DNA from: Ctenodactylus gundi
Taxonomy: Eukaryota
Assembly: GCA_048771875.1 (NCBI GenBank)
Contig: CM109709.1
Coordinates: 44,196,541-44,260,540, forward strand
Reading direction: 5' to 3'
Length of the DNA stretch: 64,000 nucleotides
Of the stretch, positions 12,401 to 25,510 are shown in pieces. Made by a program: the position numbers and the translations under genes. Every line of letters starts with the position of its first letter. The first letter of the stretch is position 1. The notes below the pieces were generated by a model. It saw only the letters and a list, made by a program, of their open reading frames with translations. It was not told the DNA's origin and searched no databases.

Positions 12401-12879
12401 ATTTTGGTCAGCCAGCAACCGTAGATGGAACAGGACGAGTTAAAGAGAAGAACACAATGCAACACATGGCTTGTAGTCTGTGTTGGGACAAACTTCTTCA
12501 GAGTATGACAAATTAATTTTTTCCAGCAGGTCTCTATACACTTGAAAGCGGCAGCAAGGTTATTACAGTTCATCAGATCAGGAAATGGCTTTGTGTAATG
12601 TTCGAGTCTAGCCATAGGCTAAGGAAGCAGTTTACAGATTTACAACTCTTGCCATAAGCTCAGGAAGCAGTTTACGTGTACAGGGCCACTGAAGTTAGCA
12701 CAAAGGTCCCTGTGTGCCAGGGCAGGAAGGGAGTACATAGCTGAGCATGGTTACGGCTCAGTGTTCCAGCCATAGGACAGTATCAACCATCTGTTGACAG
12801 CTGAATTCTTTGTCTTGCTAGGTAAGTCCTTATCTCCAAGCCTGTTCCAAGTAAGTTTCAATGACCTGGCTTCCCACAC

Positions 12880-12998
12880 TGTAGCAGTTGGGAGGCCGAG
12901 GCAGGAGGAGGATTGCTGTGAGTTCATGGCCAGTCTGAGCTCCATAGTGAGTTCAAGACCAATCTGGATTACAGAATGAGACCCTAACTCAAAAGGGG
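12880..12998 (+). repeat. B1-like SINE fragment.
   Basis: gggaggccgaggcaggaggaggattgctgtgagttcatggccagtctgagctccatagtgagttcaagacc... Confidence 0.7.
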
Positions 12999-13006
12999 AA
13001 GGGGGA

Positions 13007-13268
13007 GTGCTGGAAGAATGGCTCAAAGGTTAAATGGTTAAAGCACTTGCTAATAAGCGTTAAGCACCCAAGTTCGGGTCCCCAGCACCACATAAGCCAA
13101 GCATGATGACACATGCTTGTAATCACAGCACTCAGGGAGGCTGAGGAGGATTGTTATGAGTCCAAGGCCAGCCTGGACTCCACAGTGAGTTAAGGACCAG
13201 CCTGGACTATACAGTGAGACCATGTCTCAAAAACAAAAACAAAAAAAAAAAAAACAAACAAAAAAAAC
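13007..13268 (+). repeat. Composite SINE with a long A-rich tail.
   Basis: gctggaagaatggctcaaaggttaaatggttaaagcacttgc...gaccatgtctcaaaaacaaaaacaaaaaaaaaaaaaac. Confidence 0.8.
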
Positions 13269-15633
13269 TCTATATAGAATTACACAGTGCCATATCATTT
13301 TCTAAATAATATCTCCCTAAATTTTTAAGTTTTCTTAGTCTTGGGTGGCCTCTTTCAACACTTCACATCAAATCCCTAAGTAAATGTTTTATTAAAAACA
13401 TACTCAAAGCTACAAGTTTAAAAATGCAAATGTAAAATAGTGAAAAATGCAAACTTAAACTAATGAAGAATCATACTGCCATGAGGTATAAAAACCACGC
13501 ACTGCTTATGAAGAACTAAGCTTTTATATATGTATGAAATGTCCTTCATGAAGTGCAAATTGGCAATATTTATCAAATTAATAATTTCACTTCATAAAAT
13601 TTACCCAAAAGAAATGCTCTCAAAGTATACAAAAATTACAAATGTTTATTGCATTATAATTTTTAAAAATATAACCAACAAAAATTATTAAATAAATGAT
13701 GTTGTGTTCATTAATTGAAATCCTATGTAGCCACTTCAAAATAATGTGGTAGATCTGTATTAACTGTCATGGAAAGATGGCCATCATATATATAAGAAAA
13801 ATAAGAGAGGATCTGACACAAAGCAGCTACCACAAAATAACATTCCTGTCCTTTATTGAATGTAAAATATCCTAGAAGTAAAAGCACCATTACTTTTGTG
13901 ACTCAAAAAAAGTAAAGTCCTTAATTTAAACTGACATAAGAATTTCATGTTGCATAAATTATCTATGGGCACTGTAATTTGACATGTTCACATGTGACAG
14001 AGAAAAATGGTTCTGCGAAGGCTCAACACTGCCCTGACAAAAGAGGTCCTCATGTGTACTGACCTATGATTACGTACAGAGTTTCCTAGAAGAACCAACC
14101 CAGCAGGGGAGACGCCAAATAGCACAGACGTTATTCACAAGATTTTTTTCCCATCATGCCACAGGGAGGTCTCAGGAACCATAAAGCTGCAAGCCATGAG
14201 TGGGCAGCACTTCATAAGCACTTTCTCCTGTTATCAAAGAATTTCCACATTAGCACATAAATTCTAAATGTAAAGAAGAGTCAGATCTAGAGGTTAATAA
14301 AGAATAAAGAAAGAAGGACATCACTGAGGACCCACTTTATTCCTAGAACAGGGCTAATTATCCAAGTTTGACCTTACATCCTAAAGAAAAACCAAGCTCT
14401 TGGGCACAAGAGCCTTCTAATTCAAACTCTCCTCTTTTCTGCTTGGGAATTCTAAGTGTACTGATAAAATATTCAAAAATCTAAGGCCTTAACAGAATAT
14501 AGTAAGTGATTGACTTACAAAGATGGTTCTGAAGTTCTCTTTGTTCATATTTTGGTTTGGAAATGTCGCGAACCCGCCTAGATTAACATTTACCCTACCA
14601 TTTGGAAAGGACAGAGACAACCTGCACTGAATCACAAAGCACCACAACTGAAAGTGATCTGTTCCCAGAATCATACTCAGTAATGTAGTGAGCAGACTTT
14701 ACTTGGAAAAGAGTTCATGTAGTGTAAGGCAGACCAGCTCAGTGTTTAAGAGCTTCAGCGGTAAATTCCCTCCATTGAACTGAAGTATCCGCATCCAGAC
14801 AATTAATACAGCTAATATGCTGAACAAAAATGTCTAACAGGAAAGACACCTCCAACCATGGAAGAGGAAGGATGAGGAGCATTAGGAAGACTCACCCACT
14901 GACAGCAGAGATTAGATGGACCATGGAGAGGCATGCAAAGGCTCCCTGGTGTCAGTGATATGCTACTTCTTAAGACAGTAGGACATTTCATACATACTAC
15001 TTTTCTCTAGTGCACTTATTGATCATTTTTTTATCTCTCGTACTACACAGACTATGTCAAATCAATCAAGTCTTCAGTAAAAGGGGAAGTTACTGGTTCT
15101 CATCTCTCTGCTGTCTCTAATGCCCATCACCCCAATTCCCCCACGCCATCAGCGATTGCTCAAGATTTGATACACTCATAAATTCCTGGTCACTATTCTG
15201 ACTGTAGGCCTCAAAATCAACACTGGAACAGAACTGCAGGGTGGGTAGCCCTCTGGGATGCTGAAAAAGGAAAACTGCAAGTCCAGTTTGGGCAACTTAG
15301 TGAGACCCTGTCTCAAATATAAAAGGGCTAAGAATGGAGCTCATGTGAAGGCCTTGGGTTCAATCCCCAGTACAAAAAAATAAAAACCACAAAGATGAAA
15401 AACAGATGGATGGATACAAGACTTCCTGTGTGACCTGGCGAACAGACTTATACTAAACACTCTCTGGCTATCACAGGTTCCTTGGTTAAGTCCAAAAACA
15501 GTATTTTTGAAATTACAGTTTTACAGGCTACATATAACATATACTGGCTTTAACTTATCTATGAAGATTCCCAGTAATTTTCATATATGACATTAAAGGT
15601 ACACCTCAGAAAGTTAGCTTTTTGGGGTGCTTG

Positions 15634-15870
15634 GAGGTATGGTACAGCAGTCAAAAAGCACTTGTCTTGCAAGCACAAGGCCCTGTGTTAATTCCAGCAC
15701 CACATAAAGTTAGGCGTGGTGGCACATGCCTGTAAACCCAATAAACTCAGTTCTCAGGAGGCTGAGGCAAGCCGATTGGCCAGAGTTCAAGGCCAGCCTG
15801 GGCAACACCAGTGAGTTCAGGACCAGCCTGGGCTACAGGGCGAGACCCTATCTCAAAAAAGGAAAAAGAA
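15634..15870 (+). repeat. Composite SINE.
   Basis: cttggaggtatggtacagcagtcaaaaagcacttgtcttgcaagcacaagg...gagaccctatctcaaaaaagg. Confidence 0.8.
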
Positions 15871-15957
15871 GTTAGCCTTTGGGCCTCAAAGAATAGACTT
15901 TAAATTTTTATCTTGTTAGATTCAGCCTTTATAACCTCCTTAGACAAACACTTGGTA

Positions 15958-16182
15958 TTTTTTTTTTTGTTTTGTTTTCTTTTCTTTAAAGCAGGATCTC
16001 ACTCCAAGCTGAACTCATATGTAGCCTCAGCTGGTCTCCAACTCACAGTAGTCCTTCTGCCTCAGCCTCCTGTGTGCTGGGATTACAGGCACATGCCACC
16101 ACACCAGGCTGGGGAATTGAACGCAGGGCCTTGTGCTTGCCAAGTAAGGCCTTTAACCACTAAGCTATGCTCCTGGATACTG
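15958..16182 (-). repeat. Composite SINE.
   Basis: T-run...gcaggatctcactccaagctgaactc...gcctcagcctcctgtgtgctgggattacaggc...cactaagctatgctcctgg. Confidence 0.8.
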
Positions 16183-17233
16183 TCATCATTTTCTGAGAAA
16201 TATTCTGTCTCTTACATTTTTTATAACTTTTTATCAATAACCAATTCAATGAACAAGAGCTGCACAGGAGAGGACCAAGGATGAAGACCTAAGCTATTAT
16301 CAGCAGAAATCTTCCAAATATATCCGTGTGCATTAATGTTAGACAGCCATTCAATCTGTTATTAATCTTTGGTCACATTTCACTTCTCCACAAGAATATT
16401 AAGAAGCTATTATCAAATGTATCTCTAGAACTTCAGAAACTGAATCAAATATCTAGCTCATTCTGGTCTTTCTGCATAGAACACTAGTAGAATGGTACTG
16501 CTCTGTCATCTTGGATTACGATGAGGACCACCCCTAGGAATGACAGAATATCAAAGTGGAAGAAAGCTGACTTTCAGCACATTTCCGGAGCTGTCACTCC
16601 CACTCTACACTGTTTATTGTGAGTTTCTTTCACTAAAGGAAGAAGATAAAAACTACTTTGAATAAAGACCAAAAGGGGGTTTTACTCCAATAGGCTAAAG
16701 AGAGAAGCAAGAATCCAAGCCAACAGGTCATTAAACAGACCAAACTATAGCATATTTTTTCCCAAACAAATTTAATTCTGTCCCACCCCCAAAGAAGGGG
16801 AAGAACTTAAATCTTAAAAATAAAAAAAAAATGCTCAAAAATCAAGCCACTAAAGAGTTAAGCCCCTTTCCTCAGAAATAAATACTGAACTGATATATAC
16901 ATATTAGACTCAGGAAGAAGGCAAGAGTGGGAATCTTGAGGACTCTCAATACTTCTACAAACTCTGTACTCTGCTTAAAACAGAGAGCAGTCACAGAGGC
17001 AGGCCAGACACATGGTGGAGGGTGGTGATGCCTGGAGAGAGCTGGGACACGACGGGGGAGAGATTGGAGACACCCAGTATCTTCCAGGCAGGAAGGGCAA
17101 AGTCTTCACTACAAACATACCCTCCACCAGTCCCAGTGGAGTCAGCAGATGTGGCTGGTCCAAGAGCCAAGCGTCGTGAGCTCATCTACAAGCCACTGCT
17201 CCCAGGCAGCACACCAGTCGTGTCACAGGTCAT

Positions 17234-17353
17234 TCATTCACACTGAGGTCGTGAAGCCACCGTGGCAGCAGCCTGGCTGCTGGAGCCCTGAGGCTTTCCA
17301 TTCACCACCAGCAGGAGGGGCGTCTCCACACGAACGCTGGGAAAGGAGTAGTC
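17234..17353 (-). CDS. TTC5: TTC5 last coding exon ([39 protein letters not shown], then stop).
   Basis: Acceptor is ttttag|gac and the TGA is at 17236..17234. This matches the human C-terminus [39 protein letters not shown]. The ten exons sum to 1320 nt, which is 440 codons as in human. Confidence 0.8.
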   Translation of the reverse strand, partial: DYSFPSVRVETPLLLVVNGKPQGSSSQAAATVASRPQCE

Positions 17354-17926
17354 CTAAAAAGTCAGAGGAGGGTCATCACAGAGCTGAGATGGACAAACCC
17401 ACAGCACTCTCCGCCTCCCTGTATCCATACCACCCACCTCCACCTCACAGTGGATTAAACTGTGCTGATTTCAATACTTGGAGGGAAAAGCTGGGACAAG
17501 GGAGGTACCAGTAAAGTAACTCCAAGGGGAAAAAAAAAAAAGGCCTCTAATTCGGCAAAGGTGAGTTTCCTTATAAACACCTGACAAAAGGATGCCACCA
17601 GCTCTCATGGAATCTGCCCCTTCCCAGTGTTTCTTGAAAATTAGCCAGACATACACAGCAGCCAATTAATGCCAGAGAAAATTCTGAGAAATTATTAGTG
17701 CATATATTTGTATGGCCTTAAACTAATCTGCCAAACACACATTAAAGTTGCTTCTCCCTTTCATGCTAGAAAAAAGCAGTAGAGTATTACAGAATACGTA
17801 ACAGAATGTAGACATCATCCTAATAACAGAAAAGACACCATCAGCTCGCTTTCCAGTTCAAATGTATTTGTTAGCTTTTCAAACATCTTGCTGAAAAGAT
17901 TATCATCCAAAAAAAAAATTTTTTTT

Positions 17927-18050
17927 TAAGCCAGGCATGGTGATAGACCTAGAAGGTGAGGCCACAGGATCAGGAGGGTGAGGCCAGCCTCCATGACACA
18001 GGGAATGCAAAGCCATCCTGGACCACAGAGCAACACCCTGTCTCAAAAAA
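17927..18050 (+). repeat. B1-like SINE.
   Basis: gccaggcatggtgatagacc...gagggtgaggccagcctccatgacacagggaatgcaaagcc...accctgtctcaaaaaag. Confidence 0.65.
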
Positions 18051-18669
18051 GTGATTAAAATGAAAAAAATTCTTTCATTGCAGTGTGAAGCCAGTTCTTT
18101 TAAATCCAAGTAGAGTTTTCATACATCAATTTAAAAATTTAAACACAAACAGTGACAAAAGTGGACAATCACACATGAAATAATCAATAAATGCATAAAA
18201 AAATTTTCAATCTCACAAATAAAACACCAAATTAGAACAGTATTGGAACTCAAAGTTTCATGTAAAGTTACAAGGTTTCTTTTCCATGTTGAGAACTATG
18301 GGAAAACGACTGCATGTGCCATACTAGGTGGTTCACCCTTCCTAAGAGCAATCCAGCAGTATGCATCAAAAGTCTTTATATTTCTGCACATCCTTTGGGC
18401 CTAAGGCTCAACATTAAAGAAACTTATCATAGATATGGACAAAGACTCACTGGAGTACTTCATAATTGAAAAAAAATTGAAGTATCTAGATCTGAAGTTA
18501 TCAAACTCTTTCTACTGAAGACATAAACAGTAAGTACTGTAAGCTCTGTGAGTCACATGGTCTTGGCTGTACAGCAACTGACCGCTGATGCTAGTGCAAA
18601 GGCAGATGGCACGGTGAGGGGCCAGCGCAGCGGGGCTGCAGTAAAGCTGCATGAACATTAAAATTCAAA

Positions 18670-18920
18670 TTCTTTTTTTTTTTAGAATAGGTGCCAGAAA
18701 GTTTACTTAGTTAGTTATTTTCGAGGCAGGTTCTTCCTCTGTACCCTAGGTTGGTCCCAAACTCACTATGGAGTCCAGGCTCGCCTTGGACTCAATAGCA
18801 ATCCTCCTGTCTCAGCCTCCCCAACGCTGGGATGACTTATGTGGTGCTGGGGAATCGAACTAAGGTACTTTAGAGCTTGCTCAATAAGCACTTTAACTGC
18901 TGAGCCATTACTGCAGCCGC
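18670..18920 (-). repeat. Composite SINE.
   Basis: T-run...ggcaggttcttcctctgtaccctaggttggtcccaaactcactatggagtccagg...cactttaactgctgagccattactgcagcc. Confidence 0.8.
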
Positions 18921-19339
18921 ATTTTTTTTTCATTTAAAAATAAACCATTCCTAGTCCTCAGGCCAATACAATAACAGGTGGAAAGCCAGACTCGGTCAGT
19001 GCACCACAGCCGGTGCCCCTAAACTCAACAGTAAAAACGTGATTACCTACCTACACTAGTAGGTTTATTCAATATTAAATCAGGCAATGTAGGCAGCAGA
19101 ATTTCCATTGGTGTCTAGTACCCGATTAAGTCTGGTAAATGTTAACACAGGTCACCATCAACACTATTATGTGTCAATTCAAAATAACGCAGTGAAAGGT
19201 CTAAAAGCATAGAAATGTTCGCACTGCATGTAATACCCTATAAGGAGATTAAATTAGACATGTGTTCTGAAAAGGAAAAAGACTGGAGGTATGTATACCA
19301 AACTGTTAGTAGTAACATCTAGGTGATAACATTTCAGGG

Positions 19340-19612
19340 CTTTTTTTTTTTTTTTTTGGAGGGGGGGGCGGTTCTTTCTTTTTCTAAGACAGGGTCTTGT
19401 CCTGTAGCCCAGGCTGGTCCTAAACTCACTGATGTGGCTCAGGCTGGCCTTGTACTTAAGACAATTCTCTTGCCTCAGCCTCCCAAGTGCTGGGATTACA
19501 GGCGTGCACCATCACACCCAGTTTTATGTGGTGCTGGGGAATTGAACTCAGGGCCTTGCACTTGCAAGGCAAGTCCTTTAACTGCTGTGCCATTCCTCCA
19601 GCCCCAACACTT
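19340..19612 (-). repeat. Composite SINE.
   Basis: T/G-run...agacagggtcttgtcctgtagcccaggctggtcct...gcctcagcctcccaagtgctgggattacaggcgtg...ctgtgccattcctccagcccc. Confidence 0.85.
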
Positions 19613-19724
19613 CAGTTTTTGTTTCCCGTTGCTTTCTTCTTTCTATTCTCTTTTCTCCATTACTGGGAATTGAATCCAGGGCCATCACAGAGCTACTTAC
19701 CTGGTACTCGTTTATTTTTCATTT

Positions 19725-19832
19725 TGGGTCTCACTAAGACACTACATTGCCTGGGTTTAGCTCAAATTTGCAATCCTCCTGCCTCAGCCTCCCAGAGTGC
19801 TAGGATTACAGGGGTGTAGCATCATGCCTAGC
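19725..19832 (-). repeat. B1-like SINE.
   Basis: caatcctcctgcctcagcctcccagagtgctaggattacaggggtgtagcatcatgcctagcc. Confidence 0.65.
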
Positions 19833-19885
19833 CTTCAACATGTTTTTAAATTTCTTTTGCTTATCAGTAGTTTTCCTATTTAGTT

Positions 19886-20090
19886 TTATATATATATATA
19901 TATTTAATACATATTATATATATTATATATATATATAAATTTATACAAATGTGTACATTCATATGGAATGAATGCAGGTACCATATGTGATATAGACACA
20001 TAATTTTGTGTGTAAGTACCATAAACATACATATGTGCACCATACACACAAGTGCACCATACACACACAACACATAGATACGTACAACGC
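19886..20090. repeat. TA-rich, CA-rich low-complexity block.
   Basis: tatatatatatatatttaatacatattatatatatt...catacacacaagtgcaccatacacacacaacacat. Confidence 0.7.
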
Positions 20091-20184
20091 ACACACATTC
20101 ATCAGTGCCTATTTTCTATAAGGAGGCAAGTGTAATTCCACACTCAAAGTGTATGTGTCACAACAGAACCCTGAGGTTACTTAC

Positions 20185-20329
20185 CTTTCCTTTGTGCTGA
20201 ATGTGGTGACGCCTGAGGCTGGGCTCGGGGATGGCTACAGAGTCCCCGATGAGCACTCCCCAGCTCGGTACCATATTATACACCATCACTGCATAGCAAG
20301 GTCCGTCTGAATCTATCAAGCCGAAAGTA
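20185..20329 (-). CDS. TTC5: TTC5 coding exon 9 ([49 protein letters not shown]).
   Basis: Minus ORF 20158..20394. Acceptor is ctggcag|t and donor is aag|gtaagt. Confidence 0.88.
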
Positions 20330-21504
20330 CTGCCAGGTTGAGAAGGTGGAGGAGGGAAATGAGGGTGTGTTGGCAAAAAGAAGAGCAGAAACATCAGTTG
20401 TAATTAAAAATACTACCAAAGTAAGTAAACGCTTTCTTACTTAGAAAACCACAAGTACCCTATGTACATCTGAATCTTCATTTGCCATAGGTGTTATACA
20501 GCTTTAGAAGGCATTCACAAGACCATGTGATCTGTCATTTTACTAAGAACTTAGAATATACGCACAATGAGGCCATCCAGATTTTGCAACTGAAACATTA
20601 TTTCTGGCCTGTCAATTTAACTACTGTTCCCTTAACCAAATCCTTTAATTGTCACTGTCACTGAAGCTTAACTCCACGAACTTTCATCAAATAATATGTA
20701 CATATCAAGCACTACGCTTAGCAGTAAGACATCAGCCTAGCTATGAAAGACCTATAGTCTTCCAAAACTCAGGCAACAGATCCATCATTTGAGACTGGGT
20801 ATAGTTCTGTAGCAGTGAGCTTGCCTAATATGCACCCATCTCTAGTCCCTAACACCACAAGAAGAAAAAAAAATGATTTATAATACACTATAATGGATAC
20901 TCAAAGTTTTTCCTTGTGCTGAATTCAGTGAAACCAGACTGTGGGCCCAGAGAAATATCTAAATCAAAACTAGAAAACAGAAAAATTTCCTTGAGGAGAT
21001 AACCCTCAAAGTGAAAGTTAAAGGCTAAAATAGAAAAACTACATTCTATGGAAAGGAAAAAGGAAAAGAAAAACAAAAGAACAAACAAGACAAGTTACTC
21101 AGGGGAATGAAAATGAGACCGACGTGGAGGAGCATGAGGGAAATTTTTGCAGTAATAACCTCTATCTTGTAGGGATCTGAGTTACATAAGTACATGCATT
21201 TGTCAAAACTCAGAAATACGCACTTAAGATGTGTTGCTCAGTTAATGACTGCATGCTGAAGTATGCAGAGGGAGGTACACTGGTCACTGCAATTTACTCT
21301 GGCATACACTAAGTGTAAGATGGATTAATGGATAAACAGGATAAACAGGCATGACTGAGTACAGTGAAATTTAGTATGTTAAAATGCAAATAGTTGAGTA
21401 CCATGGTGTTTACCATAAAATTCTTTCAACTTTGGTTCATGTTTGAAAATTTTTGGAATATGTTGGGAAGAAATTAGCTGTCCTGAAGACACAAGATGAT
21501 CCAG

Positions 21505-21700
21505 CAGACTAGGCTGAAGGAATAGCACAGCCACCCTGAATTCAAATCCCCAGCACCACATAAACTGTGCACAGTGGTGCACGCCTACAATCCTAGCATT
21601 CAGGAGGCTGAAGTGGGAGCTGCTGTGAATCTGAAGCTAACCTGAGCTATCCTGTGAGTTCAGGACCAGCCTGGACAAAGGGAGACATTGCCTTGAAAAA
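21505..21700 (+). repeat. Composite SINE with a 5'-truncated head.
   Basis: ggctgaaggaatagcacag...aatccccagcaccacataaactgtgcacagtggtgcacgcctacaatcctagcattcaggaggctgaag... Confidence 0.75.
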
Positions 21701-21749
21701 AAGATTATCTAGCAGAGTAACTACATGTGAGGTACAGAGGCAGAGGGGC

Positions 21750-21978
21750 TGAGGAATAGCTCAGCAGTTACAGGGTCTGCCTAGCAAGCACTGAGTATCC
21801 CCAGCACCACATAAGCTGGGCACAGTGACACACACGCCTGTAATCCCAGCACTTGGAAGACCAAGGCAGGAAGGTTACGGTGAGTTCGAGGCCAGTCTGG
21901 GCTACACAGTGAACTCAGAACCAGTCTGAACTACAAAGTGAGACCCTATTTCCAAAAAAAAAAAAAAAAAAGGATACA
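21750..21978 (+). repeat. Composite SINE with a poly(A) tail.
   Basis: gggctgaggaatagctcagcagttacagggtctgcctagcaagcac...gagaccctatttccaaaaaaaaaaaaaaaaa. Confidence 0.8.
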
Positions 21979-23643
21979 CAGGCATTAAAAACAGCCATTC
22001 TGGAACTTACCAAATAGTGCCATGGTTGAATAAAAGATACATGTGGCGAAGTGACAGCAGACACACAGGGTACCACATGCCTTGGAATTTAGAAGTAGAG
22101 ACAAAAAAAAGCAATCCATAGGGCCTGGCAGTGCTTCACTGCAGTACAAAAGGAGGTATGAGCAACTTCCCAAAGTCCTAATTCTGCGACTGAGTACAGC
22201 AATGGTACCATTCACTGACAGGAAACCCAGAAAGAATCAAGATTAGAGACGATGGATGAGGAATTCTAAGTTAGAGATCTTCAAGTGGCGCCCAGAGGCA
22301 GATCAATGGAGAGTCTAAAACCTGGAAACAAGGTCTGGGCTGAGAGATCCCTACAGAATATAGAACACAGCCAAAGCCTTCTATGACACCACCATGACAT
22401 CACCAAGCAAGGCGTTCTACAGGTGAGATGGTGCCATGCCATCCCTCAGCACATCTACCTGAGTTCCCGGAAATACCACAACGAAGCACAGCAGGCCCCG
22501 ATACATCCACACAAAGCCTCAGACTCTTTCTACATACTATGTCAGACAACCACTGACAAGTGGTCACAGTTGGCAACTATATGCCATCCTGGTATAGAAA
22601 CAAGAGGAAAAGAGTAAAAACAGAGTCCTGGGAATATAACATTTAGAAGTCAGGCACCAAAAAAGAGAGAGAGGAAACAAAAGAGTGCAAAATATTTATT
22701 TTCAAGTTTTCTTAAATCTTACTTTGGTTTATCCCTTTTTAAAGTCTCTTAATAGTCAGATCTGCTCTTGTTAACTAAGTTTTTCTCAACTATCTTGTTG
22801 CTCTTCAACTCACCCAATACACATGCCTCTAGAAAAAAGACATAGACAACGTTCAGGAATGTAATGATGACTGTGTTTCAGTTTATGTGGAAAGCAATAG
22901 TGAGAGGTAAGTCACGATGCTGCAAAGCTACATAACAAAAGCCACTGGTAAGATATCTAGAAAGACATTGGTGACCCTAGAAAATACACCATCTCCATAG
23001 AAAACAAAAGGAAGAAACCACTTAACCAGAGATCATGGGGTGGATAAAGGACCAGGGAGTGATAGCACTCATTATATCCTAATTTTTCAAGATTCAAAAA
23101 TTTTCTAAATGAATATTCCTCATTCATCCCTCCACTGGACGGCAAGCACCTTTCTTCACCTGGATCCTTTACTTTTCTTAACCTTCACTCCCTGTAACAC
23201 GTATACTAGGAGCTCAATACAAACCTTTGAACGATATCCGAGACAATCTCCCCAAAGAGTGCTTAAATTCTAACTCAAAGCTCACCTTCCACAACTGCCT
23301 GTACAAACCTAAGTCCAAACAGGATGGAGAATTTGTCCTCCTTCAATTCTATAATAACCAAAACTCAAAGGGGCGAGAGAATTTTAAGGTTTCTGTATCT
23401 TATTTTTTTAAAAATCCTATTACATCTCAGCTATGAATGTAGCTATAAATCCAGCAAAGCCCCAAACCCAGGTGGCAAATGAACAATGACGAACCATACA
23501 AAGGCCTGTAGATTGTTAGGTATCACCTAGAGACAACACCTCTTCACAAAACAGTCACCGAAGGAAATCCGAAGTCCCTGATCTGAGACTGTCAGAGAAA
23601 TGCCAGGGAAAACAGAAGTAGAAACAGGGCAAAGGAAACTCAC

Positions 23644-23858
23644 AAAGGGACCTTCTCCTCTGTAGTCAGGCTGAACACCACCTTTCCCAGGACCACGGCA
23701 CCACTGTTCACCCCAGGATGCAGCGCACTCAGTGGCTTGAGCTCCAGGGTCACCTTCTGTCCAGAGGCTGACTGATAGCGGCCATCACCGCAAGGGCCTA
23801 GGTGAGCCGGGCGCAAGCTTCCCAGCATGCTCTGCAGCTTTTTGGCCTTCACCTTTCC
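23644..23858 (-). CDS. TTC5: TTC5 coding exon 8 ([43 protein letters not shown]...SLTTEEKVP), ending in phase 2.
   Basis: Minus ORF 23640..23864. Acceptor is tttgcag|gga and donor is cctt|gtgagt. Confidence 0.88.
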
Positions 23859-24040
23859 CTGCAAAGGAAGGGCAAATTCAGTAAGAAGCTGGAAACCAGT
23901 ACTCTTCTCCCAGAGAGTCTGATCCTTTCCTCTCAGCCTCCCACTTCTGTAAGGTCACTATCGTCTAAACTTATTCTTTTCTTATTTTACTGACCTACAG
24001 AAGAATAAAGAACAGGCTTTATCCCTGAATATATCTTTAC

Positions 24041-24187
24041 CTTGCTCTCTAGGAGGCTGGTCAGTTTACTGAGGAACTCCAAGAGCTGCTGCTCTCGTTG
24101 CTGGGGCTCTGGCCAGGCAGGATCCAGTGCTGCGGCCCGAGAGAAGCCTTCCAAGGCCTCCCCATAACTCTCTTCATATTTATGTAA
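24041..24187 (-). CDS. TTC5: TTC5 coding exon 7 ([49 protein letters not shown]).
   Basis: Minus ORF 23987..24217. Acceptor is tatacag|tta and donor is aag|gtaaag. Confidence 0.88.
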
Positions 24188-24294
24188 CTGTATAAAAAGC
24201 AAACCAAAACCTCTCAATTCTAAGTATATCCAAATAAACTATGCAGAGGGAATAAATGACACAATGGGCTAGAATTGCACAGAAATAAATTGTT

Positions 24295-24520
24295 TTCTGT
24301 TTCTGAGACACGGTCTCATGCTATAGTCCAGGCTGGTTCTGAGCTCACTATGTAACTCAGGCTGGCCTCGTACTCACAGCAATCCTCCTGCCTCAGCCTC
24401 CCAAGTGCTAGGATTATAGGCGTGTGCCACCATTCCCAGCTTATGTGGTGCTGGGGAATCAAACTCAGGTACTCAGCTCCTGCTAGGCAAGCTCTTTAAC
24501 TGCTGAGCTATTCCTCCAGC
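24295..24520 (-). repeat. Composite SINE in a TTC5 intron.
   Basis: gagacacggtctcatgctatagtccaggctggttctgagctc...cctcccaagtgctaggattataggcgtg...ctgctgagctattcctccagcacc. Confidence 0.85.
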
Positions 24521-24933
24521 ACCAACAAATTGTTTTCTTTCCCTGTTACTTTCCTGGCCTATCATGAATGTCCTTCTTCCTGGATGAAGCAGTGCCATTC
24601 CAAAGATGGAATTATGTAGAAGCAGCTAATTTCCAAACTCTAAAATAGTTATCACAGGTGCCGGGCTGCTCTGTTTCTCTATCTACTACTTAGTGCGACT
24701 CCCGGCCCCCACCACTGTCTCCATGCTTCTCACCTTCTCTGCCCTGGCTCCTCTCCTTCCAGTGACTCCTCCAGACCATGAAGGCAAAGGAGCCAGCTCT
24801 TCCTAGAAGCACACTGGATTTCCTCTCAGCTCGTGCCTAACTTTGTCCCCGTGTATTCTGTTATCCTCCTAGGCTAAGACCCAGATGCCATTTTTCTTAG
24901 CCTTCCACGTGACTAACACCCCACGAGTCTTAC

Positions 24934-24990
24934 CGTCGCCCTGTTTAGATGAAGGTCAGGATTGCAGGATGCTTTCCTGTCAACCTTCTC
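24934..24990 (-). CDS. TTC5: TTC5 coding exon 6, 57 nt (EKVDRKASCNPDLHLNRAT).
   Basis: Acceptor is ctttacag|gag and donor is acg|gtaaga. Human has EKVDRKASSNPDLHLNRAT. Confidence 0.85.
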
Positions 24991-25510
24991 CTGTAAAGGG
25001 AAAGAAAGATCAATCCTAAGGACAGTCATGCCCACCTGCTGCTTCTCACTAGGAAAACGAACTCTTCCCTGTGGACATGCTACCTGCTACCACAGTCTCA
25101 CAGTCCCCGCGCACAAGTGTGGCATTAACATATCATTCAGTCTCTGAAGCCCACAGAAGAAAGGGTGTTTGTATATGAGAAACTAAAAAGTGGTTACTAA
25201 TCCATGCGGTACTGTAGACAGAATAAGAAGAAATACGTGAAAGTCTTCTGGTTGTTTCTTTTTTCAAGTGGTAATGTGTTGATACAAGTAAGGAAAGCCT
25301 AGCCACAAAATTAATATCAACTTAATGCATTTTCGCTGCCCATGAACCTGGCCTCAGACACGTGCAGAATCACGTTTCCCCATCTAAGCCCTCCTTGAAG
25401 CACATTCAGAAGATGAACTTCTGATACTCTAAAGCAATGGCCAGGAACCAAAAGTCTGTCCAGAGGAATGTAAAGAAACTACTATGCTGATTTTTAAATT
25501 GTATTCATGG

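Noticed and set aside
19323-19819. Plus ORFs of 116 aa and 110 aa.
   Set aside because: Both lie entirely inside SINE copies, giving typical SINE-derived translations (...PQPPKCWDYR..., ...MWCWGIELRAL...).
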